From Alphaproteobacteria bacterium (lineage in GTDB: Bacteria; Pseudomonadota; Alphaproteobacteria; MPNO01): DNA of 64,000 bases. The position numbers and the translations under genes are program-made. This document shows positions 33,899 through 43,365 of the stretch, piece after piece (position 1 is the first letter of the stretch; every line of letters starts with the position of its first letter). The stretch lies in assembly GCA_965117055.1 (NCBI GenBank), contig OZ220750.1, positions 4,358,011 to 4,422,010 on the forward strand, given 5' to 3'. The notes beneath the pieces were generated by a model, which was not told the DNA's origin, did no database searches, and saw only the letters and a list, made by a program, of their open reading frames with translations.

Positions 33899-35464
33899 TT
33901 ACTCCGCGCCGAGGAGGGAGAGCGCGAAACCGGCCGCCTTCCTGACCGTCCGGCTGTCGTCCCCGGCGGCGCGCTGCCTGAGCGGCGCTATCGCCGCCGG
34001 ATCGGCGAGATAGCCGAGGCTCTCGGCGGCGAGCCTGCGGACCTGCGCGTGACGGTCGGAAAGCCGGCCGATGAGCGGCGCCACCGCGCTGGCGTCGTCC
34101 AGCCGCCCCAGCGCCCGCGCCGCCGCCATCCGCACCTCGGCGCGGGAGTCCTTCAGGATGGCAAGAATCCGGGGCGCCGCGTCCGGTCTGCCGAGCACGG
34201 CGATCGACCTGACCGCGGCGGCGCGAAGCCTTCCATCGGAATCGCCGAGCCCGTCGGACCCCGCGAGGAACGCCGCCGCCTCGTCCGAATCCGTATAGCC
34301 GAGACCGTGGATCGCGGTGCGCCGGACCCGGTAAAGGGCATTCGCCACCACCACGTCCCCGGTCGTGGTCCCGGCCCGGTCGCGGCGCCGCGCGGCGGTC
34401 GTCAGCACGTCCTCTCCGCGCGCGGCGTCGAGCGCGAGGAGCGTGCGGAACGCCGCGTCGAGCAGGCTCGCTTCGGCCACCGTCCGGGCGGCGTCGCGGG
34501 AACGCTCCGGGCCGGTGCGGGCGAACAATCCCGCCGCGAGGCGCCGGGCGTAGGCCGCGACGGCGGGCGCATGATCGGGTCGACCGCGCCTTTCGAGAGC
34601 CCGGATCGCGGCGTGCTGCACCATCGGTTGGGGATCGTCGAGCAACGGAACCAGCGTGGAGGCCGTCTCCCGGTCGCCGACGGTCGCGAGCGCCACCGCG
34701 AGCGCGCTCCGCAGCCGGGGGTCCCGCGCCCGGTCGAGCATCGCGGTCAGCGGCGCCCTGGCGGAAGCCGCGCCGGTCCTGCCGAGCGCCCGGACGATGG
34801 GCAGCGCCTCCCGCTCGGTTCCCGCCCGCTCCAGCAACGTCAGCAACGGGGCCGCCGCGTCCGCATGACCGGTCGCGCCCAGCGCGGCGATCGCACGGGG
34901 CCGGAGCGAATCCGGTTTCCCGCCGTCCGCGAGAGCGACCGCCGCCAGCGCGGCCACGGCCGTCTTGTCGCGATAGCGCCCCAGCGCGTCGACCGCCCGG
35001 CGCTTGACCAGGACGTGCTCGCCGCCGCGCAGCACCGCGACCAGCCTCGCCCGGGCCCGGTCGCCGCGCACCCCACCGAGCGCCCAGGCGCAGTCGCCGC
35101 GCAACTCCTCGCGGCTCTCCCGGTCCAGGCACCGGAAAAGGACCGGCGCCGCCGACGGGTCCCCCAACTGCCCCAGCGCCAGATAGATGCGGCCGCGCAC
35201 CCCGTGATCCGGCTCCGGCGCGGCCAGCGTCGCCAGCAGATGGGGCACCGCCTCCTTCTGGCCGCGATGGCCGAGGGAATGGGCCGCCCGCTTGCGCACG
35301 CCCGGATCCGCGTAGCCGAGCGCCGCGATCAGCGCCTCATAGGGTATGCCCGCATGTTCCCAGCCGTTGGCGCCCGCCCCGCCCGGCGCGGCGAGGGCGA
35401 GGAGAACGGCCAGTCCCGTTACCCGCGGAACGGTTCGCCGGGTCGGATGCCCGTGCGGTCGCAC
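33899..35464 (-). CDS. HEAT-repeat (PBS-lyase-like) protein with signal peptide
   Basis: 521 aa; repeated units such as D..VR..AA.ALG..G...A...L...L.D. Confidence 0.75.
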   Translation of the reverse strand: MRPHGHPTRRTVPRVTGLAVLLALAAPGGAGANGWEHAGIPYEALIAALGYADPGVRKRAAHSLGHRGQKEAVPHLLATLAAPEPDHGVRGRIYLALGQLGDPSAAPVLFRCLDRESREELRGDCAWALGGVRGDRARARLVAVLRGGEHVLVKRRAVDALGRYRDKTAVAALAAVALADGGKPDSLRPRAIAALGATGHADAAAPLLTLLERAGTEREALPIVRALGRTGAASARAPLTAMLDRARDPRLRSALAVALATVGDRETASTLVPLLDDPQPMVQHAAIRALERRGRPDHAPAVAAYARRLAAGLFARTGPERSRDAARTVAEASLLDAAFRTLLALDAARGEDVLTTAARRRDRAGTTTGDVVVANALYRVRRTAIHGLGYTDSDEAAAFLAGSDGLGDSDGRLRAAAVRSIAVLGRPDAAPRILAILKDSRAEVRMAAARALGRLDDASAVAPLIGRLSDRHAQVRRLAAESLGYLADPAAIAPLRQRAAGDDSRTVRKAAGFALSLLGAE

Positions 35465-35465
35465 G

Positions 35466-35639
35466 CTATCTCCCCTTCCCTCTCCAGAACCTTTCGTAGT
35501 CGCGCAGGATCGCCTTGCCGGTATCGACGTCGCCCGACAGCAGGCACTCGACGCCTTCCGTGAGCAGCTCCTCGCGGAAGACCGGGTCCCGTTCGATACG
35601 GGCCTGCACCGTTGCCTTGAAATCGCGCGTCAGGGGCAT
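35466..35639 (-). pseudogene. Truncated HTH antitoxin-like gene (N-terminal 57 codons only)
   Basis: MPLTRDFKATVQARIERDPVFREELLTEGVECLLSGDVDTGKAILRDY matches the N-terminus of an addiction-module antidote family; HTH part missing; REP hairpin at 35668-35698 upstream. Confidence 0.45.
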
Positions 35640-35818
35640 GATTCCGGACCTCCTGTCTCTGGCAAGATTGTCGCCCCGGACTTGTTCGGGGGTGACAACC
35701 GGGGCGAACGGCACGGCATGATCGTCGCCGAACCGGCCCGTGCCCGGAAAGCGTTTGTCGCACGAGACCCTTCTCGCGTTCAACATCTCCCTAAGGCGAC
35801 CGCTCTTGGGAAATCCCC

Positions 35819-37219
35819 CTAAAACCTGAGCCTCGCCTTCAGCACCTTGCCGGCCGGGCCCTTGGGGAGGGCGGGTTCGATGCGCACGTGGCGGGGGTAT
35901 TTGTAGCCCGCCATCCGGTCGCGGCAGAAGGCGACGATGTCCTCGGCCTCCGCCGCGTGCGCCCGCTTGAGGCTGACGAAGGCCGCGATGTCCTCGCCGA
36001 GGTCGTCGTCCGGGATGCCGATCACCGCGGCCTCGGCGACCGCCGGGTGGGTCATCAGCACCGCCTCGACCTCGCCGGGCGCCACGGTGTAGCCGCCGCG
36101 CAGGATCATGTCCTTCTTGCGCCCGACGATCCGCACATAGCCCTCGCGAGAGAGCGTGGCGAGGTCGCCGGTCCGGAACCATTCGCCTTCGAACACGGCT
36201 TCGGTGTCCTCGGGACGGCCCAGATAGCCGGTCATCCGCGCGGGGCTCCTGATCCAGAGCTCGCCGGTCTCGCCCGCATCCAGCGCCGCCCCGCCGTCGT
36301 CCACGACTTTCAGATCGACGCCCGGCACCGCGCGCCCGATCGCGTCGGGCAGGTCGGCGGGGTCCGCCGCGCGGTAGGAGATCGGCCGGAACAGCTCGGT
36401 CATGCCGTAGCCGCGCACGATGCGCGTGCCGGTCTTCCCGCGCCACAGGCTCGCGAGCTCCCACGGGCACGGCGCCGCGCCGGAGAGCGCGTAGCGCAGG
36501 CTGGAGAGGTCGGCGCCGGCGAGCGCCGGGCTGTCGAGGATGCGCCGGAACATCGTGGCGACGCCGGGGAAGACGGTCACGCGGTGGCGTTCGATGGCAG
36601 CCAGCGCGTCGCCGGGATCGAAGCGCGCGAGGAAGGCGACCGACCCGCCGGAAAGGAGCGGCGCGAGAACCGATCCGAAAACGCCGAGCGAATGAGCGAG
36701 CGGCAGCGCCGACAGCGAGACGTCGTCCCCGGAGAGGTCCATCACCGGGCCGCGCCAGGATTCGAGCGCCCACGCGACCGCCGCCTGGGACAGGAGAACG
36801 CCCTTGGGATCGCCGGTGCTGCCCGAGGTGTAGAGCACGATGGCGGCGTCGCCGGGGTCGGTTCCGACGGCGGGGAACGTCGCCGCGTCCTCGCCGATCC
36901 GCTCGATCAGGCGGTCCGGCGCGAAGTCGTCGAGGATGCGCCCGCGCTCGCCCGCCGCGAGCCTCGGGTTGAGCGGCAGCACCGTGGCGCCCGTCTTGAG
37001 CCCACCGAACAGCGCGACGACGAGTTCGGCCGGGTCTTCGAGCCCGAGCGCGACGCGGCTGCCGCGCCCGATGCCATCCGCCGCCAGGGAAGCCGCGACC
37101 GCCCCCGCCCTGCCCTCGAAGCGCCGCCAGTCGACGGGCTCCCCGTCCGACAGCAGCACCTTCTTGCCGGGCCGCTTCCGGGCCTCGTTCTCCAGCGATT
37201 GCGCGAGATGGGCGGCCAT
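35819..37219 (-). CDS. AMP-dependent acyl-CoA synthetase/ligase
   Basis: Start MAAHLAQSLE at 37219; AMP-binding box LYTSGSTGDPKG; GYGMTE; GDL...DGY..I.GR.KD. Confidence 0.85.
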   Translation of the reverse strand: MAAHLAQSLENEARKRPGKKVLLSDGEPVDWRRFEGRAGAVAASLAADGIGRGSRVALGLEDPAELVVALFGGLKTGATVLPLNPRLAAGERGRILDDFAPDRLIERIGEDAATFPAVGTDPGDAAIVLYTSGSTGDPKGVLLSQAAVAWALESWRGPVMDLSGDDVSLSALPLAHSLGVFGSVLAPLLSGGSVAFLARFDPGDALAAIERHRVTVFPGVATMFRRILDSPALAGADLSSLRYALSGAAPCPWELASLWRGKTGTRIVRGYGMTELFRPISYRAADPADLPDAIGRAVPGVDLKVVDDGGAALDAGETGELWIRSPARMTGYLGRPEDTEAVFEGEWFRTGDLATLSREGYVRIVGRKKDMILRGGYTVAPGEVEAVLMTHPAVAEAAVIGIPDDDLGEDIAAFVSLKRAHAAEAEDIVAFCRDRMAGYKYPRHVRIEPALPKGPAGKVLKARLRF

Positions 37220-37224
37220 CGCGG

Positions 37225-38583
37225 CTACGGCAGCAGCGCCTCCACGTCGATGCCGTCCCACACCTCGGACGGGAAGCTGTGGCGCGGGGTGAAGGCGTCG
37301 AGGCTCGGCTTGGCGGTCGCGTCGACGCCCCATTTGGCGGTGAACCCGTCATTGCCGGCGGTCGACGGATCGAGATCGGAGCCGCGCGCGCCCGGGATCA
37401 CCAGGATGTCGCGGTCGGGCTGGCAGCGCGTCGCGATCGCCCAGTTGACCTCGCGGTCGTCGAACACGTCGATGTCGTGGTCCACCACCACGACGCGCTT
37501 CATGTAGAGGTCGGCGCCGAGCACGGCCATCATCGCGTTCTTCGCCTGGCCCTCCAGCCGCTGCTCGATGGCGACGAAGCAGGTGAACGGGCTCGGCACC
37601 CGCACCGCCTTCACCGAGGGGATCATCGCCCTGACCGCGCGGTAGAGATTGGCCTCCATCGGAATGGTCGAGAGCAGCATGTGGTCGAGATGGCCGACGG
37701 TGATGTCATGGAACATCGCGCCTTCGCGGTGGGTGACGGCGTTGACCTGCACCACCTCGCGGTCGCGCGCGCCGAGGCTGTAGCCGGTGAACTCGCCGAA
37801 CGGCCCCTCGGCGATCCGGGCGCGCGGCAGGATCTCGGCCTCGAGGATCATCTCCGCCTGGGCGGGGACCAGCACGTCGGAGGTCTCGCAGCGCACCAGC
37901 TCCAGCGGTTCGTCGAGCAGCCCGCCCATGATCCCGCGCTCGTCCTCGTCGATCGAGCCGATGGCGAGGCAGCCGAGCGCGATCGCCGGATGCACGCCGA
38001 TGGCGAAGGCGACGGGCAGCGCCTCGCCGCGCGACTCGGCGATCTGGTAGTACTCCCAGAGATGCTTGCCGAGCGTCAGGTGGATCGAGGTGGTGTCCCT
38101 GCCGGTGATCATCAACCGGTTATAGGCGCAATTCCACATCTCGCCGTCGGGGTCTTTGGCGAACGAGATCGCCGCGGTGATATAGGCCCCGCCGTCACCC
38201 TGGTGGTGTTCGAGCTGGGGCAAGCGCGAGAGGTCGATCTCGGCCCCCTTGAGCACCACGTCCTTGCACGGCCCGGTATTGACCTCGCGCGGCGCGACGG
38301 GTTCCTCCATCGCCTTCAGGTACTTCTTCAGCATCCCGCGGGGCGGCGCGTTCATCGCCATCGCGAGCCGCGACCGGCTGGCATGGAGGTTGGTGAGCAC
38401 CGGGTAGTCGCTGCCCCTGACGTTCTCGAACAGGAGAACCGGGCGGCGCTTCGCCTCCTTCTCGATCTTGACCACCGCGGCAGTCACCTCGTGGCCGGGG
38501 TCCATCTCGCGGGAGACGGTCACGAACTCGTCCGGCCGTTCGCCGCGCACGCGTTCGAGATAGGAGGGGAGGTCCTGGGCCAT
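37225..38583 (-). CDS. UbiD-family (prFMN-dependent) decarboxylase
   Basis: 452 aa from MAQDLPSYLERV; EGPFGEFTGY and other UbiD blocks; no ubiX in window. Confidence 0.85.
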   Translation of the reverse strand: MAQDLPSYLERVRGERPDEFVTVSREMDPGHEVTAAVVKIEKEAKRRPVLLFENVRGSDYPVLTNLHASRSRLAMAMNAPPRGMLKKYLKAMEEPVAPREVNTGPCKDVVLKGAEIDLSRLPQLEHHQGDGGAYITAAISFAKDPDGEMWNCAYNRLMITGRDTTSIHLTLGKHLWEYYQIAESRGEALPVAFAIGVHPAIALGCLAIGSIDEDERGIMGGLLDEPLELVRCETSDVLVPAQAEMILEAEILPRARIAEGPFGEFTGYSLGARDREVVQVNAVTHREGAMFHDITVGHLDHMLLSTIPMEANLYRAVRAMIPSVKAVRVPSPFTCFVAIEQRLEGQAKNAMMAVLGADLYMKRVVVVDHDIDVFDDREVNWAIATRCQPDRDILVIPGARGSDLDPSTAGNDGFTAKWGVDATAKPSLDAFTPRHSFPSEVWDGIDVEALLP

Positions 38584-38660
38584 GCTACGCCTTCGCCGGT
38601 CGGGGTCCGGCGGCACGCTAGCGAAAGGGGCTTGGGCTCACAAGGCGCGGGGCGGAACGA

Positions 38661-39110
38661 TCAATCCGGCGTGTAGTGCTCGACGCCGTCGAGGTCCTCG
38701 TCGCGGCCGCGCAGCTCGATCACGTTGAGGTCGGGGTCGCGCACGAAGACCGAGACGTTGCCGTCCTCGCCGAACCTGACCGGGCCCTGGCGGATCTCGA
38801 TGCCGTTCCGTTCAAGCGCCTTCACGGTGTCGGCGACGGAGGAGACGCGGAGCGCGACATGGGTGATGCCGGCGTATTTGGTGCCTTCCACGTCCATCAG
38901 CACGTTGCGCCCGCCATGGTCGTCGTTGGCGTTGACGATCAGATTGATCTCGACGCCCTGGGGGTTCCTGATGATGAGCACCGCGTCGAACGCGACCTCG
39001 CGCTCCAGCTCGAAGCCGAGGGTGCGGTAGAAATCGAGCGCCCGGTGCGGATCGGCAACCCGGATCCCGATATGGTCGACCTGCTCGATGGCGATGGCGC
39101 CGGCGGTCAT
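38661..39110 (-). CDS. VOC/glyoxalase-family protein
   Basis: 149 aa; VDHIGIRV...THVALRV paired beta-alpha-beta-beta-beta modules. Confidence 0.8.
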   Translation of the reverse strand: MTAGAIAIEQVDHIGIRVADPHRALDFYRTLGFELEREVAFDAVLIIRNPQGVEINLIVNANDDHGGRNVLMDVEGTKYAGITHVALRVSSVADTVKALERNGIEIRQGPVRFGEDGNVSVFVRDPDLNVIELRGRDEDLDGVEHYTPD

Positions 39111-39253
39111 TTTCGGTCTCCCGCTTTGGGTGGCGGCATTCTAGCCGGGCGGCGCGGTCGGGCGATAGCGGCGCGTGCGGGAGCGGCGCAGCCGGACCGG
39201 AAAGTTCTCCTTATGGTAGTGCAAAATTGGTATAGCTCCATTATATTGGGCGA

Positions 39254-39640
39254 ATGAGCGACGAGATCCTCACCATGCTCGGAGTGGGCGCGACGCTGCT
39301 GGCGTCGGGCGCGTCGTTCGCCCTGTTCATGTTCCGCCAATTGGTTCGCCTCGAGGGCAGGATGGGCGGGCTCGAGGGCAGGATGGGCGGGCTCGAGGGC
39401 AGGATAGGTGTGCTGGAAGGCCGGTTCGACGGGCTTGAGAGCAGGATCGGTGTGCTCGAAGGTCGGTTCGACGCGCTCGAAATCAGATTCGACAGGCTCG
39501 AGGACAGGTTCGTTCGGCTGGAAGAAAAGGTCGACGACCTCGCGAAGGGCCATCAGGCGCTCGCCCGCGAGCTTTCCGAGTTCCGCGGCGAGACCCGCGG
39601 GCGGCTGGGCGAGCTTGCGGCCGGGAGCGTCGCGGGGTGA
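39254..39640 (+). CDS. Membrane-anchored heptad-repeat (coiled-coil) protein
   Basis: N-terminal TM helix LGVGATLLASGASFALFMF, then nine LEGRxGx-type heptads. Confidence 0.55.
   Translation: MSDEILTMLGVGATLLASGASFALFMFRQLVRLEGRMGGLEGRMGGLEGRIGVLEGRFDGLESRIGVLEGRFDALEIRFDRLEDRFVRLEEKVDDLAKGHQALARELSEFRGETRGRLGELAAGSVAG
39350..39538 (+). repeat. Nine in-frame 21-bp tandem repeats
   Basis: LEGRMGG LEGRMGG LEGRIGV LEGRFDG LESRIGV LEGRFDA LEIRFDR LEDRFVR LEEKVDD read directly. Confidence 0.85.
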
Positions 39641-39695
39641 GCGACGGGATCCTCGCCATGCCTGGAGTGGGGCGACGCTGCTTGCGCCGGGCGGA
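39637..39695 (+). pseudogene. Degenerate duplicate of the 5' end of the heptad-repeat gene
   Basis: GTGAGCGACGGGATCCTCGCCATGCCTGGAGTGGGGCGACGCTGCTTGCG parallels ATGAGCGACGAGATCCTCACCATGCTCGGAGTGGGCGCGACGCTGCTGGCG, with an indel. Confidence 0.35.
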
Positions 39696-39738
39696 CCCGG
39701 GCGCCTCGGCGACCTTCCGGCCACCGCGTAATCGCCCC

Positions 39739-40587
39739 TCAATTCTCCCTTGCCACGGCGCTTTCGTGCCAGCGCCTGAGGATCGCGTGCTGCAGCCAGC
39801 CGAGGGCGGCGAAGATCGCGATTCCGGCGAGCGAGATCAGCAGCAGCGCCGCGAACATGCGGGGGATGTTGAGCCGGTAGCCGGATTCGAGGATCCGCCA
39901 GGCGAGCCCCGACGCGGTGCCGCCGGTGCCGGCGACGAACTCCGCCACCACCGCGCCGATCAGCGCGAGCCCGCCGGCGATGCGGAGCGAGGACAGGTAA
40001 TAGGGCAGCGCGCTCGGCACACGCAGCCGCCACAGCACCTGGCGCCGGCTGGCCCCGTAGAGCTCGAACAGGTTGTGCAGATTGTGATCGACGCTCTTCA
40101 GTCCGAGCGTGGTGTTGGCGACCACCGGGAAGAAAGCGACGATCCAGGCGCAGATCAAGAGCGCGATCTCGATGTCCTCGACCCAGACGATGATCAGCGG
40201 CGCGATCGACACCACCGGCGTCACCTGGATTATCACCGCGTAGGGGAACAGGCTCGCCTCCAGCCAGCGCGAGCGGGCGAACAGGATCGCGATGCCGAGC
40301 CCGCCGAACGCCGCCAGCAGGAACGCGCCCAGCGCCGTCTTCATCGTGTTGAGGAGCGAGGGCAGCAGGGTCTGCCAGTCCTTCGCCAGCGTCTCCAGGA
40401 CCAGCAGCGGCCCCGGCAGCACGTAGTGCTTCACCTCCCAGGCGCGCACCGCGCCCTCCCAGACGGCGAGGACGGCGATTCCGATCAGGAGCGGCGCGAT
40501 CGTCCGCGCGGCGCGGCCGGTCGCGTGCGCCGCGCCGGCGGAGTCGGGGGCGCGCGGCTCCCCGCTCACATCCGGCCGTGGAACCAC
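39739..40587 (-). CDS. ABC transporter permease (NitT/TauT-type)
   Basis: About 6 TM helices; LKSVDHNLHNLFELYGASRRQVLWRLRVPSALPY EAA loop; alternative GTG start 40569 (GTGA overlap with amidase stop). Confidence 0.8.
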   Translation of the reverse strand: MVPRPDVSGEPRAPDSAGAAHATGRAARTIAPLLIGIAVLAVWEGAVRAWEVKHYVLPGPLLVLETLAKDWQTLLPSLLNTMKTALGAFLLAAFGGLGIAILFARSRWLEASLFPYAVIIQVTPVVSIAPLIIVWVEDIEIALLICAWIVAFFPVVANTTLGLKSVDHNLHNLFELYGASRRQVLWRLRVPSALPYYLSSLRIAGGLALIGAVVAEFVAGTGGTASGLAWRILESGYRLNIPRMFAALLLISLAGIAIFAALGWLQHAILRRWHESAVAREN

Positions 40588-41846
40588 TTGGCGACGGCGA
40601 GCGTGGCGGCATCCTCGCCGCGGCTGCCGATCAGCTGCACGCCGATCGGCAGCCCGTTCGGGCCGGTCGCGAAGGGGAGCGTCACGCAGGGCAGGTGGAG
40701 CAGCGTCCAGGTGGTCTGGAAGATCGGATCGCCGGTCGTCCCGAGCCCCTCCGGCGCCTCGCCCGGCGCGCTCGGGGTGAGCAGCACGTCGCGGTCGCCG
40801 AACGCTCCGCCGGCCGCCGCGCGGCAGGCCCTGGCATGGCTCTGCGCCGCGCCGAGCGTCGCCTCGTCGTAGCCCAGCCCCTCCTCGATCATGCCGCGCA
40901 GCCGCTCGCTCAGCCGGTCGCGATGGTCGGCGTATTGCCGCGCGAGGCTCTGGGTGAGGCCGGCGTTGAGGATCACCCGGTGGCTGTCGGGGATCGCCTC
41001 GAAGTCGTCCGGCAGGTCGAGATCGGCCACGTCGGCGCCGAGATCGGAGAGCTTCGCCGCCGCGCGCTCGACCGCCCCGCGGCTCACCGCGTCGGCCTTC
41101 TTCCAGTGATGGGTGCGGCAGAGCCCGATCCGGGGCGGACGGCCCGGACCGTCGGCCGGGACGGCGGGATCGGCGCCGCGCACGACGTCGTAGAACAGCG
41201 CCACGTCGTCGACCGACCGGGCCATGTAGCCGAGCGTGTCGAAGGTCGGCTCGAGCGCCAGGATCCCGGTGAGATCGACCGTCCCGTGGGTCGGCTTCAA
41301 CCCGACCGCGCCGCAGAACGCGGCCGGGCGGATCAGCGAGCCCGCGGTCTGGTTGCCGAAGGCGATCGGCACCATCGACGCGCCGACCGCCGCCGCCGAA
41401 CCGCTCGACGACCCGCCGGGCGTGTGGCCCGGGTTGTGCGGGTTCTTCGTCTTGCCGGGCTGGAAGGTGGCGAACTCGGTGGAGACGGTCTTTCCCATCA
41501 GCACCGCGCCGGCCCGGCGCATCGCCGCGACGCAGGCCGCGTCGCGCTCCGGGCGGTGGCCGCCGTGGATGGCGGGCGCGCCGTACTCGGTGGGGAGCTC
41601 GCCCGAATCGATCACGTCCTTCACCGCGAACGGCACGCCGTGCAGCGGCCCCCCGGACGGAGACGAATCGGCCTCGCGCGCGCCCCGGATGGCGTAGTCG
41701 GGATCGAGATGCGCCCAGGCCTCCACGTCCGCGTCGCGGTCCTCGATCCGCTCCAGGCAGGACCGGACCAGCGCTTCGGAGGTGATCTCGCCGGCGGCGG
41801 TTTTCCGTCCGGCCTCGGCCGCCGTGAGCCGCCAGAGTTCGCTCAT
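40566..41846 (-). CDS. Amidase (amidase-signature family)
   Basis: 426 aa; GGSSSGSAAAV signature; catalytic Lys context FAVKDVID. Confidence 0.85.
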   Translation of the reverse strand: MSELWRLTAAEAGRKTAAGEITSEALVRSCLERIEDRDADVEAWAHLDPDYAIRGAREADSSPSGGPLHGVPFAVKDVIDSGELPTEYGAPAIHGGHRPERDAACVAAMRRAGAVLMGKTVSTEFATFQPGKTKNPHNPGHTPGGSSSGSAAAVGASMVPIAFGNQTAGSLIRPAAFCGAVGLKPTHGTVDLTGILALEPTFDTLGYMARSVDDVALFYDVVRGADPAVPADGPGRPPRIGLCRTHHWKKADAVSRGAVERAAAKLSDLGADVADLDLPDDFEAIPDSHRVILNAGLTQSLARQYADHRDRLSERLRGMIEEGLGYDEATLGAAQSHARACRAAAGGAFGDRDVLLTPSAPGEAPEGLGTTGDPIFQTTWTLLHLPCVTLPFATGPNGLPIGVQLIGSRGEDAATLAVAKWFHGRM

Positions 41847-41953
41847 GTCGTGTTCCTTCCCGGAAACCGCCCGCCCGTCTTAGCCGAGCCCGCGGCAGGA
41901 CGCCAGCAGGAATGGACGGCCTTCCCGACCCGTCATGGTCCTCGCAGGCCGCT

Positions 41954-42083
41954 CCCCCTCACCCCGACCCTCTCCCCCGCGGGGAGAGGGGGCGTCGCTG
42001 CATCGCCTCGGCCTTATCTTCTCCCCTCCCGCTTGCCCCGGATCGCAGTCCGGGGCTTGCGGGAGGGGCCGGGGGAGGGTGGG
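41954..42083. repeat. Composite REP, families 4 and 5
   Basis: CCCCTCACCCCGACCCTCTCCCCCGCGGGGAGAGGGGG plus CTTCTCCCCTCCCGCTTGC...GCGGGAGGGGCCGGGGGAGGGTG; same pair recurs 7 or more times in the window. Confidence 0.85.
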
Positions 42084-42188
42084 GCATCGATTCGCGCCTT
42101 CCGCGCGTCCGGCCTCGACTCCCGAATGTCCCTATCGCATAAATCCCGAACGCCTGCTTTCCCTTTTCGGGCAAAGCGGAGCCGCCCC

Positions 42189-42812
42189 TCAGGCGGTCTC
42201 CTCGGGCACCGGCGGGCGGGCGTCGAGCACCGGGGCGGCCCAGGCGAGCGCGATGTCCTCCATCTCGCGGGCGTTGGTCGAGTAGAGGTTGAAGGTCCCC
42301 TTCTCGCGGCCCGGCTTGACCCGCTTGACGTAGCGCGGCCCGTCGTCGGCGAGCTGCACGATGCACAGCTTGCCGATGCACTCGGACGGCACGCCTTCGT
42401 AGTCGCGGGTGTAGAACAGCAGCCACCCCTCCTCGATGGGCAGCATCGAATCGCCCTCGACCTCGACCGCCACCGTCTGCTGCGCGTCGAGCCCGTTGGG
42501 GCAGCGAACCATGCGGAGTCCCTGGCCCATCGCGTGGTCGTCGATGGCGTTGACCTCGGCCCCGGCGCCGACCCTGCCGACGACGGCCACGTTGGCCAGC
42601 CCCTCGACCAGGTCGAGCACGTTGCAGTCGAGCGCGGTCGCCACGTCGGTCAGCCGGTCGAGCGTGATCGAGACCTTGCCGGTCTCCCATTTGTGAAGGT
42701 GCCCGGCCGAGGTGCCGAGCATCCCGGCGAGCACCTGGAGGGTCAGCCCGCGGCGCTTGCGCCACTGCCTGATCCGGTTGGAGATCGCGGTTCCGTCGGG
42801 TCGGAGCGCCAT
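42189..42812 (-). CDS. CI/LexA-like phage repressor (XRE HTH plus S24 peptidase)
   Basis: 207 aa; IRQWRKRRGLTLQVLAGMLGTSAGHLHKWETG HTH; VEGDSMLP serine motif and downstream KRV lysine region. Confidence 0.85.
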   Translation of the reverse strand: MALRPDGTAISNRIRQWRKRRGLTLQVLAGMLGTSAGHLHKWETGKVSITLDRLTDVATALDCNVLDLVEGLANVAVVGRVGAGAEVNAIDDHAMGQGLRMVRCPNGLDAQQTVAVEVEGDSMLPIEEGWLLFYTRDYEGVPSECIGKLCIVQLADDGPRYVKRVKPGREKGTFNLYSTNAREMEDIALAWAAPVLDARPPVPEETA

Positions 42813-42830
42813 GTCTTTCGTCTCCCGGTT

Positions 42831-42885
42831 GAAAAATTATGCCGATTGTCGCTTGACATAATTTTTCCTATGAAGAAAAATGGGT
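42831..42885. promoter_or_regulatory. Immunity-region operator and divergent promoter
   Basis: Perfect 11-bp inverted repeat GAAAAATTATG (42831-42841) / CATAATTTTTC (42857-42867) overlapping TTGACA (42853-42858); third half-site GAAAAAT at 42875. Confidence 0.5.
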
Positions 42886-42914
42886 AGATCAGATATGAGC
42901 AGGAGATAACCCAT

Positions 42915-43340
42915 ATGCAGAAAAATCGCAAGCGGCTTTCGGGCCCCGAGGCGGAACGGCTCCAAAGGCTGTCGGCAAGCGGGGTCGAGCTCCGCCACCT
43001 CGAATGGACGTTCGGCATTCCCGCCGACGGCCTGGAAGCCCTGCTGGACGAGTTGCGGCGCGGTTACCGCAACGCGCCGCCGGCGCCCGAGCCCGACGAA
43101 GCGGCGGAGCCGGAGGGCGCCGGCCCGCCGCTCCCCTCGCCGCCGCTCGAACGCGCCCTCGAAGCGCTCGGCGACCGGGTGACCGCGACGCTGGCGGGCT
43201 ACGCGCTCGACGGCGCGCCGGCCTCGATCCCGGACCTGATCCGGGCCGCCCGCGCGGAAGGCGTCCGCATCCCCTATCCCGGGATCGATCCGCTGCCCCG
43301 GACCTGGGCGGCCGGACCGAGCGCCCGGCACGCCGCCTGA
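42915..43340 (+). CDS. Hypothetical early phage protein (Cro-position)
   Basis: 141-aa ORF divergent from the repressor; SD-like GAGCAGGAGA; no motif recognised. Confidence 0.4.
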   Translation: MQKNRKRLSGPEAERLQRLSASGVELRHLEWTFGIPADGLEALLDELRRGYRNAPPAPEPDEAAEPEGAGPPLPSPPLERALEALGDRVTATLAGYALDGAPASIPDLIRAARAEGVRIPYPGIDPLPRTWAAGPSARHAA

Positions 43341-43365
43341 AACCATCGCCTGGAAAGGAGAGACC

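Noticed and set aside
33621-35563. Alternative 503-504-aa ORFs overlapping the HEAT-repeat gene
   Set aside because: Only the frame 33899..35464 (minus) gives a signal peptide and regular HEAT-like repeats. The other frames are Arg/Gly/Pro-rich shadows.
35466-35800. Functional small antitoxin plus an upstream toxin
   Set aside because: The ORF stops after 57 codons, before any HTH. The upstream 180 nt contain a REP hairpin and no RelE-like reading frame. It is treated as a remnant.
39637-40872. 411-aa plus-strand ORF starting with MSDGILAMPGVG
   Set aside because: Only its first 20 or so codons resemble the neighbouring heptad-repeat gene (duplication remnant). The rest is antisense to a well-supported ABC permease and amidase.
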